From positions 1-31,277 of the forward strand of contig DASCPX010000008.1 in NCBI GenBank assembly GCA_036012755.1: DNA of 31,277 bases. The letters run 5' to 3'. A program made the translations under genes and the position numbers. This DNA comes from Myxococcota bacterium (lineage in GTDB: Bacteria; Myxococcota_A; UBA796; CAJQPC01). The notes beneath the pieces are model-generated. The model did no database searches, was not told the DNA's origin, and was given only the letters and a program-made list of their open reading frames with translations. Below are positions 16,753 through 26,194 of this stretch, piece after piece. The stretch's first letter is position 1. Every line of letters begins with the position of its first letter.

Positions 16753-17382
16753 TCACTCCGCGAGATCGAGCAGGACGATGTCGAGGTACTCCGCCACCGG
16801 GTCGCCGCACTCGTCCACGGCGATGTCGACCGCGGCGTACTCGGAGTAGCCGCCGTCGCTGGAGGCCCAGACCCCGATCTGGCCGTCGACGCCGTTGGCG
16901 CAGCCGAACTCGTTCTCGATGTCGTCGCCCACGAGCTCGCAGGGCTCGGGCTCCGAGTCCGGGTAGCCCCACCAGACCTCGGCGTCGCCGTGGGGGGTGC
17001 CGTCCGGGTAGAAGGTCGCCGCGTAGACCGACGGGCCCGGATCCAGGTCGGGGCAGACGAGGTCCTCCAGCTCGGCCGTGACCTGCTCCGTGATGACGTG
17101 GCAGGTGTCGCTGCCGACCTCGACGGAGAGCTCCTGGTCGAAGTAGTCGTCGTGCACGATCGAGATGTCGAGGACGCCCTCGACCTCGAAGCCGCAGGCG
17201 TAGGTGCCGTCGGGCCAGAGCTCACAGTCCTCGCTGGAGGATCCGCTGGTCCAGGTGACGGCGGCGTCCTCCACCGGGACCCCGTCGGGGTCGAGCACGC
17301 TCAGCGAGACGGAGATGACAGCCTCTGTCGTGCAGTCGGCCGGGTCGTCGTCAAAGCAGCCAAAGATGAGAAGAAGGAACAT
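16753..17382 (-). CDS. Acidic Cys-containing lipoprotein with two tandem repeats (paralog of 14368-15045)
   Basis: GGAGG-agacc-ATG; MFLLLIFG-C; two ~90-aa units, each with 4 Cys. Confidence 0.8.
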   Translation of the reverse strand: MFLLLIFGCFDDDPADCTTEAVISVSLSVLDPDGVPVEDAAVTWTSGSSSEDCELWPDGTYACGFEVEGVLDISIVHDDYFDQELSVEVGSDTCHVITEQVTAELEDLVCPDLDPGPSVYAATFYPDGTPHGDAEVWWGYPDSEPEPCELVGDDIENEFGCANGVDGQIGVWASSDGGYSEYAAVDIAVDECGDPVAEYLDIVLLDLAE

Positions 17383-17439
17383 GGTCTCCTCCGGCCCTGC
17401 CCCCGCAACGTACCCGCGCCGGAGGGACGTCGCTGACGC

Positions 17440-18699
17440 TCACTGCTCGGGGACCACCTTCACCAGCCTGAAGTTCGCCGGGTCGTAGAAGTCCGAGATC
17501 CACCCGTTGATGTCCTCGACGCTCAGCTCCTGCGTCGCCAGCATGAGGTCCCGGTAGTAGTACTCCGGCCATTCCTGGGTGATCTCGGAGACCCGATCCC
17601 ACATCAGGTTCCAGGGGGCCTGGTTCGAGCGGGCCATCTCGCCGAGGAGGTAGCTGATGGCTTGCTCCCGCTCGGTCTCGGTGATGCCGTCGACGTGGAA
17701 TGTCGCCAGCGTGTCCCGCATCACGTCGATCGCCTCCTCCCCCGTCTCCACCTTCGAGTACGAACTCAAGCGGTAGCAGGTCTCGCTGTTTCCGAGCCAG
17801 TCCGAGCCGCTGACCCCGTAGGTCAGCCCCGAGTCGTGGCGCAGGGCTCGGCTCATGCGGCTGTAGAAGTGCCCGACCAGCACGTGGTGAGCGACGGACT
17901 GGTGCGAGGTGTGGGGATCTCCGTGCACGAGCCCGGGGCGATACAGCGAGAAGTAGACCTGGGTCAGCTCCGGCAGCTCGACGACGACGTCACCGACGTC
18001 CCGCTCGGCGAGATCAGGAAGGGTGATCTCCATCTCCGGCAGGCGCGAGGTGGACTCGGGGAGGAGGCCCTCTGTGAGCGCGCGAGCTTCTTCGAGGCTG
18101 ATGTTCCCCGAGTAGGCGACGACACGGTCCGGCACCGTGACGATGGCCATCTTCGCCTCCGCGTTGTCCTGGGCCTTCGTCGAGACCTTGGCGGGCTTCT
18201 CGACGTCACGCCGGCGTGGGTCCTCCTCTACGTACATCGCCCGCTCCGCCGCTTGACGACGCACGAACTCGGGGTCCGAGAGCCTCGCCTTCCAGCCCGC
18301 CTTCTGGCCCTTCTTGCTGCGCTTGAGTTCGTCGACGTCTATGTCTGTCGACAGCAGGATGTCCGACAGCAGCTGGGCGCAGGCAGCCATGTCCTCGCGC
18401 AGACAGAGGGCTGATATCGTTGCTGTTCTGGAGCTGCTGTACAGATCGATGTCAGCGACCAGGTCCTCTGCCCGCTGGCGGAACACGCCCTCTGAGTCGT
18501 AGTACTGGTAACCCCAGGCGTCACGGATGTGCTCGTCCTGCCAGTAGGGGCTGAAGTCGCCGACCGGAAAGCGGACGACCATCTTCACGAGGTCTGCCCG
18601 ATCGTCCTCGACGACGATCAGCGTGTCCCCGGACGGAAGCTCCTCTACCTGGGCTTCGAAGGCGAGCGCAGAGGCGACGATGGCGAGGTGCATGCTCAC
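17440..18699 (-). CDS. M16 peptidase-like protein, non-catalytic subunit
   Basis: No HxxEH; has SRMSRALRHDSGLTYGV (R/Y pair) and GITETE; ATGA-type overlap with the upstream M16 gene. Confidence 0.8.
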   Translation of the reverse strand: MSMHLAIVASALAFEAQVEELPSGDTLIVVEDDRADLVKMVVRFPVGDFSPYWQDEHIRDAWGYQYYDSEGVFRQRAEDLVADIDLYSSSRTATISALCLREDMAACAQLLSDILLSTDIDVDELKRSKKGQKAGWKARLSDPEFVRRQAAERAMYVEEDPRRRDVEKPAKVSTKAQDNAEAKMAIVTVPDRVVAYSGNISLEEARALTEGLLPESTSRLPEMEITLPDLAERDVGDVVVELPELTQVYFSLYRPGLVHGDPHTSHQSVAHHVLVGHFYSRMSRALRHDSGLTYGVSGSDWLGNSETCYRLSSYSKVETGEEAIDVMRDTLATFHVDGITETEREQAISYLLGEMARSNQAPWNLMWDRVSEITQEWPEYYYRDLMLATQELSVEDINGWISDFYDPANFRLVKVVPEQ

Positions 18700-20027
18700 T
18701 CCTTGTGGGCGTAGATGCGCACGGGCGTGCCGTTGGTGACGTAGGTCTCCCAGACTCGGGCGATGTCCTCGAGGGTGACCCCCGCGATCTCGTCCGCCCG
18801 GGAAAATGCCAGCTGCGCATCATCGCGGTTGCGCTGGGCCCAGCCGATGCGCTCCGCCATCTCGTCCGCGTAGTAGACGTCCAGGAGGAGCTCTCGACGC
18901 ATGCGCTTGGTGACCCGTGCCAGGGCCTCCGCGTCCAGCCACGCGCCCTCGCCCAGGACCCCGAGCGCCTCGTCCATCTCTGCCCAGGTCCGATCCGGCG
19001 AGCCCAGCGGCAAGGTGATGGCCAGGAACATGAACATGCCTCCCGAGCGGTCGACCGCGCCGGCGCCGGAGCCCTCCAGCGCGCCCTTCTGCACCTCGAC
19101 CAGCTGCTTGCGGAAGAGGTTCACCTCGTCACCGCTGACGAGATCCAGCATCACCTCGACCGCCGCGGCGTCCTCGTGCTCCAGGGATGGGAGTGGGTAG
19201 GCGAGGCCAAAGGCGCGGATGGGCGGGATGTCCTCTGTGACGTCGACCTCGGCGGGGAAGTCCCACGTCAAGGTGTCGGGAACGTTCGTCTTTTCAGCTG
19301 CGCCACCGGGAAGCTCGGCGTAGAGCTCCCCGACCTTGTCGATGGTCTCCTGTCCATGAACAGGACCGGAGACGACCAGGTGCATGTTGTCAGCTCGGTA
19401 GTAGCGCTCCGAGAAGGTCGCGACGTTCTCCATCGTGAAGTTGTCGATGTCGTCCAGCGTGCCCACCGGAGAGCGCTCGTAGGGATGGCCCTCCCACATC
19501 TTCGTCTGGAGCTCGACAAACATGCGCGCGAGGGGATCGTTCGTGGTGCTCATGCGGAGCTCCTCCGCGACGACCTTCTTCTCCCGGTCCAGGGTCGCCT
19601 CGTCGGGGTCGATGGACAGGAAGTGCTCGGCGCCCATACGCAAGACCTCGTCATGGTATTGTGGTGCTATCTCCGACACATAGGCAGTACTGTTCTTTGA
19701 CGTCCAGGCGTTCTTGTAGCCACCATGGATGACGTGGTAGCGGCTGTAGGAGGCCGGACCGGCGTCCGGCGGCGCAGAGAAGACCAGGTGCTCGAAGAGG
19801 TGGGCCAGTCCACGCTCTCCGTCCAGCTCGTGGGCGCTGCCGACGTGCACCCACATCTGGGTCGCCACGACCGGCATCTCCGGGTCGCTGTAGACACTGA
19901 CCGTCAGACCGCTCTCCAGGGTCGTGTGGGTCAGGCCTCGCTCGATCGGTCCGTACTCGACGGGCTCCTCGACAGGCTCCTCGCCGAGGCCAGTATCCTG
20001 GGCGAGAACCAACGATATCAGTAACAT
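18696..20027 (-). CDS. M16 (pitrilysin/insulinase) zinc peptidase, catalytic subunit
   Basis: VGSAHE..GERGLAHLFEHL (HxxEH), NAWTS, EKKVVAEE, HPY..SPVGT, YYRADNM. Confidence 0.92.
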   Translation of the reverse strand: MLLISLVLAQDTGLGEEPVEEPVEYGPIERGLTHTTLESGLTVSVYSDPEMPVVATQMWVHVGSAHELDGERGLAHLFEHLVFSAPPDAGPASYSRYHVIHGGYKNAWTSKNSTAYVSEIAPQYHDEVLRMGAEHFLSIDPDEATLDREKKVVAEELRMSTTNDPLARMFVELQTKMWEGHPYERSPVGTLDDIDNFTMENVATFSERYYRADNMHLVVSGPVHGQETIDKVGELYAELPGGAAEKTNVPDTLTWDFPAEVDVTEDIPPIRAFGLAYPLPSLEHEDAAAVEVMLDLVSGDEVNLFRKQLVEVQKGALEGSGAGAVDRSGGMFMFLAITLPLGSPDRTWAEMDEALGVLGEGAWLDAEALARVTKRMRRELLLDVYYADEMAERIGWAQRNRDDAQLAFSRADEIAGVTLEDIARVWETYVTNGTPVRIYAHKE

Positions 20028-20030
20028 GCG

Positions 20031-20414
20031 CTACTCCAGGATGTGCTTGTCGAGGACGAAGGCGACCAGCTCACCGGAGAGCACGACGCGCTCGCCGACC
20101 CTCCCCGCGACCTGAAGCACTCGTTTCTTGCGTGCGATCTCAGTGACTTGGGCCCGACAGACCACGCGCTCACCTACCCGGACAGGAGCCGTGAAGCGCA
20201 CACTCGCCGAGCCGAGCACGACGTTGGGATCGTTGACGGCGACCATGGCCGCATAGTCGACGGCCCCAAAGACGAAGCCGCCATGGACGAGGCCCTCTGG
20301 GTCGGCCGCCATCACCGCCGTGGTCGCGAGCACCACCTCGGCGAGGCCTGCTTCCTGCAGTGTCGGTTCACCGCAGAGGCTGCGATCGATCTTCGGGTGG
20401 GTGCGGATGTCCAT
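20031..20414 (-). CDS. PaaI-like hotdog-fold thioesterase
   Basis: GLVHGGFVFGAVDYAAM and VRFTAPVRVGE. Confidence 0.88.
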   Translation of the reverse strand: MDIRTHPKIDRSLCGEPTLQEAGLAEVVLATTAVMAADPEGLVHGGFVFGAVDYAAMVAVNDPNVVLGSASVRFTAPVRVGERVVCRAQVTEIARKKRVLQVAGRVGERVVLSGELVAFVLDKHILE

Positions 20415-20423
20415 CCGCGAGTG

Positions 20424-21581
20424 TTACCACGAGAAGGTCACTTCTCCGCGAACAGGGGCGTCCCAGCCGGCGGTCGCGCGATTCCAGAATCCACCAGCCA
20501 CGAGGACGTCCACGTGATCGGCGAGGTGGTAGCTGATCGAAGCCTCGGTCTTGGTGACGGTGTCCGGGTAGCTGACGGCACCCTTGTAGAGCTCGAAGCG
20601 CGTGCCCCCCTCGAGCCCGACGCCGAGCCGGCTCCCGAGCATCTGCTCCCACCGCGCGAAGACGTAGTGCCAGTGCATCGTGCCGGTGAAGAAGCTGTCC
20701 TCGAGCCCCTTGTCGTAGCCAGCCGACAGCGCCGTGCCCCGGCGTGCGTGCCAGGTGACCTCTGCGACGACGGTGATGCCGTCCAGCGGCGAGGAGACCC
20801 CAATCGAGGCCGAGCGGATCTGCGTGTAGCCGATGACGCCGTTGACCACGATGGCGGGCGTCACCCGGCCCATGACCCCAGCCCAGGCCGCCCACTGCAT
20901 GGCCGGCGTCCAGCTGGCCGTCGGTGCCGGTCCAGGCGTACCAGTCCATGCTCCCGCCGATCCAGAGGTCGGTGCGAGGGAAGAAGGACCAGCGCATATC
21001 CAGGCGGGGACCGGCGCCAAGCTTGGTGGTGCGCTGTGGGCTGGTGAAGGTCGGTCCGGTCCCGACGGCGTGCTGCTCCAGGAAGGCACCACCGCCAACG
21101 TCGAAGTGGAGCGCGGAGCCCGGCGCGATGCGGATCGCGGCCTCTGTGTCCGCCCTGGTCGTTCCGACGAGCGCCTTGCCGCCAGCCCACGTAAGCCCGC
21201 TGGGAGCGAGTCGATGCCTCAGCGAGAGATCCTCCGAGAGCACGAAGCCGACCAGTCGATCCGGCAGCAGGGCGAGGTCGGCCTTGGCACCGAGATCCAT
21301 CCGGGACAGCTGGTAGGCGTACTCGCTGGGGTCGCCGTCGCCGGCGGTCCAGACAACCTGGTGCCGGGTGATGTGGGCGGCCAGGTCGAACTCGAGCTCC
21401 GGGGTCTCCCACCGGCCGTCGATGGCGGGGGTGATGATGAAGGCCTGGGACCAGACGGGGTTGTTCCAACTCCGGTAGGTGTTCGGGCTGAGCTCCGTTC
21501 CGAAGGCGACCGAGGGTCGGACGGAGGCCCCCTTCGCGGTGACTTCGGCCTGAGCAGCGGCGAGGAAGAGGATGAGGACAT
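20424..21581 (-). pseudogene. Outer-membrane beta-barrel protein, frameshifted
   Basis: Signal-like LILFLAAAQA and amphipathic strands (MRWSFFPRT) in one frame, continuing in another frame from ~20905 to a terminal aromatic (EVTFSW). ATG 21581 is one base out of frame with the signal. Confidence 0.7.
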
Positions 21582-21689
21582 CAAGGGATGAGGCACATCT
21601 TGCCCGAAGATCGCAACCGGGAGTCTCAGGGGTGAAACCGCGATGACACCGCCCGAGGCGGAGGGTCCCCGACGGTCCGCCGTCCGAGC

Positions 21690-22922
21690 TCAGCCGATCA
21701 GGCGCGACAGTCCGGAGAGACCCCGCTTCACGACCTCTACCGAGGGTCCGAAGGAGAAGCGCGCGAAGCGGTCGAAGCGGCTCGGACGGTCCGGTCTGCG
21801 CTGCCCGGGATCGATGTCGAAGAACTCCCCCGGCACGATGATGACGCGCTCGGCCAGCGCGGCGCGAAAGAGCTCCCGCCCGGTCCGCAGGCCCTTCGGA
21901 AGGCGAGAGAGCTCGCCCCAGCAGTAGAACCCCCCCTGTGGAGGCAGGTCCACCCTGACGCCAAGGGCCTCCAGCCCCTCGAGCATGCGCTGGCGCTTCA
22001 CGCGGAAGACCCGCTGCAAGGCCTCGGCCTCGGTGTCGGCGACCTCGCGCGCGACCAGCGGCACCGCAGCCCGCTGGAGTGGATGGGCGCAGCCGCCGTC
22101 GAGGAACGACCCGGCGCTGCCGACAGCCTCGATGACCGCCTTGGGGCCGACCGTCCAGCAGACACGCCAGCCAGGGTAGCGCCAGTTCTTCGTGAGGCCA
22201 TCGAGGATCACGACCGGGTCCTCGTCGACGTCCTCGACGAAGGCCGCCGCAGAGGTCGTCAGCGCCTCTCCGACGTAGGTGTAGTGGCTGTAGAACTCGT
22301 CCACCACCAGCGTGCAGTGGAGCTCGCGGCCTACGTCGACCCACTTCCTCAGCGCGTCGCCGTGGATGAGCTTCCCGGTGGGGTTGCAGGGGTTCGACAG
22401 CAGCACGGCGGAGAGCCCACGCCCCAGGATCTCCTGCTCGAGCTCCTGGCTGGAGAAGGTGTAGCTGCGCTCCGCGTCGAGCAGCACAGGGATCGGGACG
22501 AAGCTGTGGAAGCTGCCCAGGAGCTCCTCGTAGGCCGTGTAGTCCGGCAGGAAGTGACCGACGTTCACCCAGCCAAGGGTGGAGACCAGCCGGGTCAGGC
22601 CGAGGCGCCCGCCAGCGCAGATGGCCACGTTCTCCGCCGTGTACTGGCTCCTGTGGCCCTGCCGATAGCGCTCGTTGTAGAGCCGGGCGACAGCCTCCCG
22701 CAGCGCGCGCAAGCCGTCGACCGGGGCGTACTCGTGCTGGGTGTCGTCGACCGGGATCGAGCCCACCCGCTCCGGAGCACCCGGCAGCGGTCCGGTCTCC
22801 GGGGCCCCCTGGCCGAGGTTCGCCCAACCCTCTGCGTCGGAGCTCCACCCCGCCTTGGCGGCTTCGGTCATGACGTAGATGACGCCGGTCCGGGGGACCG
22901 GTCGGAAGGCGGTGCTTCGCAT
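21690..22922 (-). CDS. PLP-dependent aminotransferase class I/II
   Basis: NLGQGAPE, SNPCNPTG, VVDEFY, PLP lysine in GLTKNWRYPGWRV. Confidence 0.93.
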   Translation of the reverse strand: MRSTAFRPVPRTGVIYVMTEAAKAGWSSDAEGWANLGQGAPETGPLPGAPERVGSIPVDDTQHEYAPVDGLRALREAVARLYNERYRQGHRSQYTAENVAICAGGRLGLTRLVSTLGWVNVGHFLPDYTAYEELLGSFHSFVPIPVLLDAERSYTFSSQELEQEILGRGLSAVLLSNPCNPTGKLIHGDALRKWVDVGRELHCTLVVDEFYSHYTYVGEALTTSAAAFVEDVDEDPVVILDGLTKNWRYPGWRVCWTVGPKAVIEAVGSAGSFLDGGCAHPLQRAAVPLVAREVADTEAEALQRVFRVKRQRMLEGLEALGVRVDLPPQGGFYCWGELSRLPKGLRTGRELFRAALAERVIIVPGEFFDIDPGQRRPDRPSRFDRFARFSFGPSVEVVKRGLSGLSRLIG

Positions 22923-22932
22923 GGGCGCGCTC

Positions 22933-23931
22933 TTAGTCCGGGGCCGGTGCCCAGGCGAACGCCTCGTCGGTCAGAGAGCCCATGTACAGCCGGTCTCCTC
23001 GCACCTGCACGCTGGTCACGACGACGATGTCCCTGCCGTTGGGATCGAAGAGGTCGTGGACCACCTGGCCCTGGTCATCAACGGCGATGACGCGCCCCGT
23101 TCGCTCGGGCTTCGGCTGAAGGGGCTCAGGGATGCGGAGGAGCGCGCCGCGCAGCCGGGGGTTGTCGGAGAGAGCATCGACGAGCTCGTTCCGTGGCGAG
23201 GCGACGGCGATCCAGAAGCGGTCGCCGTCGGAGCTGATGCCGTCGTTGAAGCCGGGGAGATCGTCGAGGAAGACGCTGGTCGAGTTGTCGGCGAGGTCGA
23301 CCTTCGTGACCCGGTAGCGCGAGGTCTCGTTGACGAGCACGAAGCGGCCCTCTGGATCCACCGCGACGCCGTTGGCGAAGTAGAGCTGGGGGACCAGCTC
23401 GCGCACCTCGCCGGTGAGCGGGTCGTAGCTGCAGAGCCGACCGTTGGGCCGCGCCTCGACGAGATCGTGCTTCCACCTGCCCTGGTCCCACTTCGTTGAA
23501 GCGTCCGAGAAGTAGATCATGCCGTCGGGCCCCAGCTCGACGTCGTCGGTGAAGCCGAGGGGGCGTCCGCCGCACTCGGTCGCGAGCACCTCGATCTCTC
23601 CCCCCGGACTCACGGCGAGCAGTCCGGCCTGGGCGTCGGCGACGACCAATGTGCCGTCCTTCGCCAGGTCCATGCCGAGCGGTCTCCCGCCCGTGTTCGC
23701 GAGCTCCTCCCAGCTCTTGCCGTCCCAGGCGAGCAGCCCACCGCCCTCGACGCCGACCACGACCCTCCCATCGGCTAGGACCTCGACATCCTCTGGGCCC
23801 ACTCCGGGCACCTCGACACGGGTAGCGCCAAGGACCGCCGTGGGCTTCCAGGGCTCGGCGGGCGGGGCCTCGAAGGACACAGGATCGAGCTTAGGTGCGG
23901 AGGTTGCGGAGGTGAGCAGAGCGAAGAGCAT
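22933..23931 (-). CDS. Strictosidine synthase-like / SMP-30 family beta-propeller protein
   Basis: GPEDV, GGRPLG, IYFSDAS, LYFANGVA, LPGFNDGI. Start set at MLFALL because the upstream part of the track ORF is antisense to the next gene. Confidence 0.9.
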   Translation of the reverse strand: MLFALLTSATSAPKLDPVSFEAPPAEPWKPTAVLGATRVEVPGVGPEDVEVLADGRVVVGVEGGGLLAWDGKSWEELANTGGRPLGMDLAKDGTLVVADAQAGLLAVSPGGEIEVLATECGGRPLGFTDDVELGPDGMIYFSDASTKWDQGRWKHDLVEARPNGRLCSYDPLTGEVRELVPQLYFANGVAVDPEGRFVLVNETSRYRVTKVDLADNSTSVFLDDLPGFNDGISSDGDRFWIAVASPRNELVDALSDNPRLRGALLRIPEPLQPKPERTGRVIAVDDQGQVVHDLFDPNGRDIVVVTSVQVRGDRLYMGSLTDEAFAWAPAPD

Positions 23932-23973
23932 GGGCCGATGATATTGGCCGCTGGCACAGAAACGGGACTCCAG

Positions 23974-25059
23974 ATGCTCCTTGTCCTCCTTGGCGTCGCC
24001 CGGGCAACCTGCCCGGCCGAGGTCGGAACCCCCGACGAGCTGACCTGCAGCAGCAAGATCAGCGGCGCCATCGCGGCGGCGGACACCAGCCACCTGGGCG
24101 GCGAGTGCGGAGCCGAGGAGTGCTACACCTGCGGCAAGCCCTACGCGAACGAGTCCCAGATCGCGCCAGAGGCGATCTACTCCTTCTCCTGCCAGAAGGC
24201 CGGCACGGTGAGGCTGCTCATCACGGATCTGCCCTGCGATCTCGACATCTACGTGCTCGACGACACCTGCGACCCCTACTACGGCTGCGAGCACGGCAGC
24301 ACCGCCCCCTACGCGGTCGACGACGAGGTCATCTTCGACTGCCTCGCCGGGAGCACCTACTACGTGGTCGTCGAGGCCTACGGCACGAACCACCTCGACC
24401 TGGCCAGCGGCCCCTGCACGGACGACGGCACCTCGACCGGCGCGGTCTTCGACCCGACCTACACCCTGTCCTTCGACGTGAGCGCCTCGACCGGCTGCGC
24501 AGAGGACTGCGACGACGGTGAAGACAACGACCTCGACGGAGACATCGACTGCGCGGACAGCGACTGCCTGACCGAGGCGCTCTGCTGCGATGACGACGGC
24601 GACGGCTACTGGAAGGAAGACTGCGGCGGCGACGACTGCGACGACACCCTGGACACCGTCCACCCCGGCGCTCCAGAAGACGGCGGCACCGGCGACGGCA
24701 TGGGCGACGGCCTCGACAACGACTGCGACGACCTCGTCGACGAGGGCACCCTCGACTACGACGACGACGGCGACGGCTTCACGGAGAACGAGGGCGACTG
24801 CGACGACGAGGATCCGGACAGGAGCCCAGGCGCCGTGGAGATCCCCGACAACGGCGTCGACGAAGACTGCGACGGCGAGGACGAGGTCACTCCAGAGGTC
24901 GAAGACACGGGCGACACGGGGAGCCGCACGCCGGGCAACCCAGAGGGGAGCGCGAAGCAGGGTCCCTGCGGGTGCGCCGCGCCGGTGTCAGGCTCAGTGG
25001 CGGTCCTGGGACTCCTGGGCTTCCTCGTCGCGCGACGTCGCGAACAACCCGCTCACTGA
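23974..25059 (+). CDS. Surface protein with PPC-like domain, DCDD repeats and MYXO-CTERM-like anchor
   Basis: Short signal MLLVLLGVARA; DLDIYVL and TYYVVVEAY; DDDGDG..DCDD repeats; tail CGCAAPVSGSVAVLGLLGFLVARRR. Confidence 0.85.
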   Translation: MLLVLLGVARATCPAEVGTPDELTCSSKISGAIAAADTSHLGGECGAEECYTCGKPYANESQIAPEAIYSFSCQKAGTVRLLITDLPCDLDIYVLDDTCDPYYGCEHGSTAPYAVDDEVIFDCLAGSTYYVVVEAYGTNHLDLASGPCTDDGTSTGAVFDPTYTLSFDVSASTGCAEDCDDGEDNDLDGDIDCADSDCLTEALCCDDDGDGYWKEDCGGDDCDDTLDTVHPGAPEDGGTGDGMGDGLDNDCDDLVDEGTLDYDDDGDGFTENEGDCDDEDPDRSPGAVEIPDNGVDEDCDGEDEVTPEVEDTGDTGSRTPGNPEGSAKQGPCGCAAPVSGSVAVLGLLGFLVARRREQPAH

Positions 25060-25703
25060 GAGGAGCGCTTCTCGGCCTCCCGGAACAGGTCCTCGATGTT
25101 GTTGGGCAGCATCATCCTAGCGGCCTTCTCTCCCGCCCAGGCCGGGACGGAGCCTCCGACGTTCGTGCAGCTCCGGAAGCGAGCGAGGGTGCCGCCCTCG
25201 GTCGGAAGCAGGGCCCAGCTGCCGACGTTGACGTCGACCTCGACCAGGTCTCCCGTCGCGACCTCCTGGTAGATCTCCGGGTAGACGTCGGCGCCCTCGA
25301 GGTGGCTCCAGCGGAAGTGCCAGACGTCGTCTCCCTCCTCGACCTCGCCGTGGAGGAACCAGTAGCGGTCGCTGAGCGGGACGGGGACGTCGAGGACCTG
25401 CACGTAGTCGATCTCGGTCGCGGTCTCCTTCAGCACATCAGAGCGCGTCAGCTCCGCAGAGGACCAGTCCGTGTTGCCGCGGATGTCGAGCACGATGCCC
25501 TTCATCGTCTCCACGTCGTGGGTCGTCACCGCGCTGGCTTCCAGGCAGTCGACACCCTCGATGACCTTGTGCCTGCCCTGCACCGTGATGGCGCCCCGCT
25601 CCATCGTGCCGACGTCCTCCCAGCCGGCGTCCTCGTCCAGGGCCTCGCGGGCCGTCTCGTTGAAGGGGTTGGCCCAGGCCAGGGCGACAACTGCGATGTT
25701 CAC
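25053..25703 (-). CDS. START/SRPBCC lipid-binding domain protein, probably exported
   Basis: VPVPLSDRY, GSWALLP, NVGGSVPAW followed by a C-terminal helix; short hydrophobic N-terminus. Confidence 0.75.
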   Translation of the reverse strand: MNIAVVALAWANPFNETAREALDEDAGWEDVGTMERGAITVQGRHKVIEGVDCLEASAVTTHDVETMKGIVLDIRGNTDWSSAELTRSDVLKETATEIDYVQVLDVPVPLSDRYWFLHGEVEEGDDVWHFRWSHLEGADVYPEIYQEVATGDLVEVDVNVGSWALLPTEGGTLARFRSCTNVGGSVPAWAGEKAARMMLPNNIEDLFREAEKRSSQ

Positions 25704-25822
25704 CGGTGACCGTCCTCGAAGCTAAGCGTGACTCGCACGCAACGTAGACCACCGTGGTAGCTATGGCCCTCGGAGGTTGCAATGGGTGGCGCGGACATCG
25801 GCCCCAACGAGCAACTCGAGGC

Positions 25823-26194
25823 TTGATCACGGCGGTCGCCAAGGCCCGGCTGAGGCCCGTCGTCCGGGCCCTGCTCCACGATCTCGTCGCGGAGGAGTTC
25901 GGGCTCCAGTTCCTGGACGAGGCGACCGAGCGGCTGCTCGCGCGCATCCGAGGCATGCCGCCCCACCTCGGCGGGGGCATGGCCATGCTCACCCTGATGT
26001 GGGATCTGAGCTCCGTCGCAGAGGTCGGTCACCGGGCCCACCAGCTCGCCCCGTCCCTGCGTCGGGAGCGCTTCGCGTCCTGGAAGACAGGACCGGTGGG
26101 CCCCTGCCGGGACTGGACCCAGTTCTACGAGAAGATGGGCGTCTTCGTCTTCTTCTCGACGATGGAGGACCATGGCCAACACGTTGAACTGTGA
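25823..26194 (+). CDS. Small helical partner of the GMC oxidoreductase (hypothetical)
   Basis: GAGG before TTG 25823 (start uncertain); overlaps the GMC start. Resembles the small subunits that often precede GMC genes. Confidence 0.6.
   Translation: MITAVAKARLRPVVRALLHDLVAEEFGLQFLDEATERLLARIRGMPPHLGGGMAMLTLMWDLSSVAEVGHRAHQLAPSLRRERFASWKTGPVGPCRDWTQFYEKMGVFVFFSTMEDHGQHVEL

Noticed and set aside
20368..22848. 826-aa ORF in the track
   Set aside because: A composite of an off-frame reading of the aminotransferase and the N-terminal half of the barrel gene. Not a single protein.
24500..24890. GACGAC/GACTGCGAC nucleotide repeats as a CRISPR or tandem array
   Set aside because: They encode Asp/Cys protein repeats. 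There is no constant repeat-spacer periodicity and no cas gene in the window.
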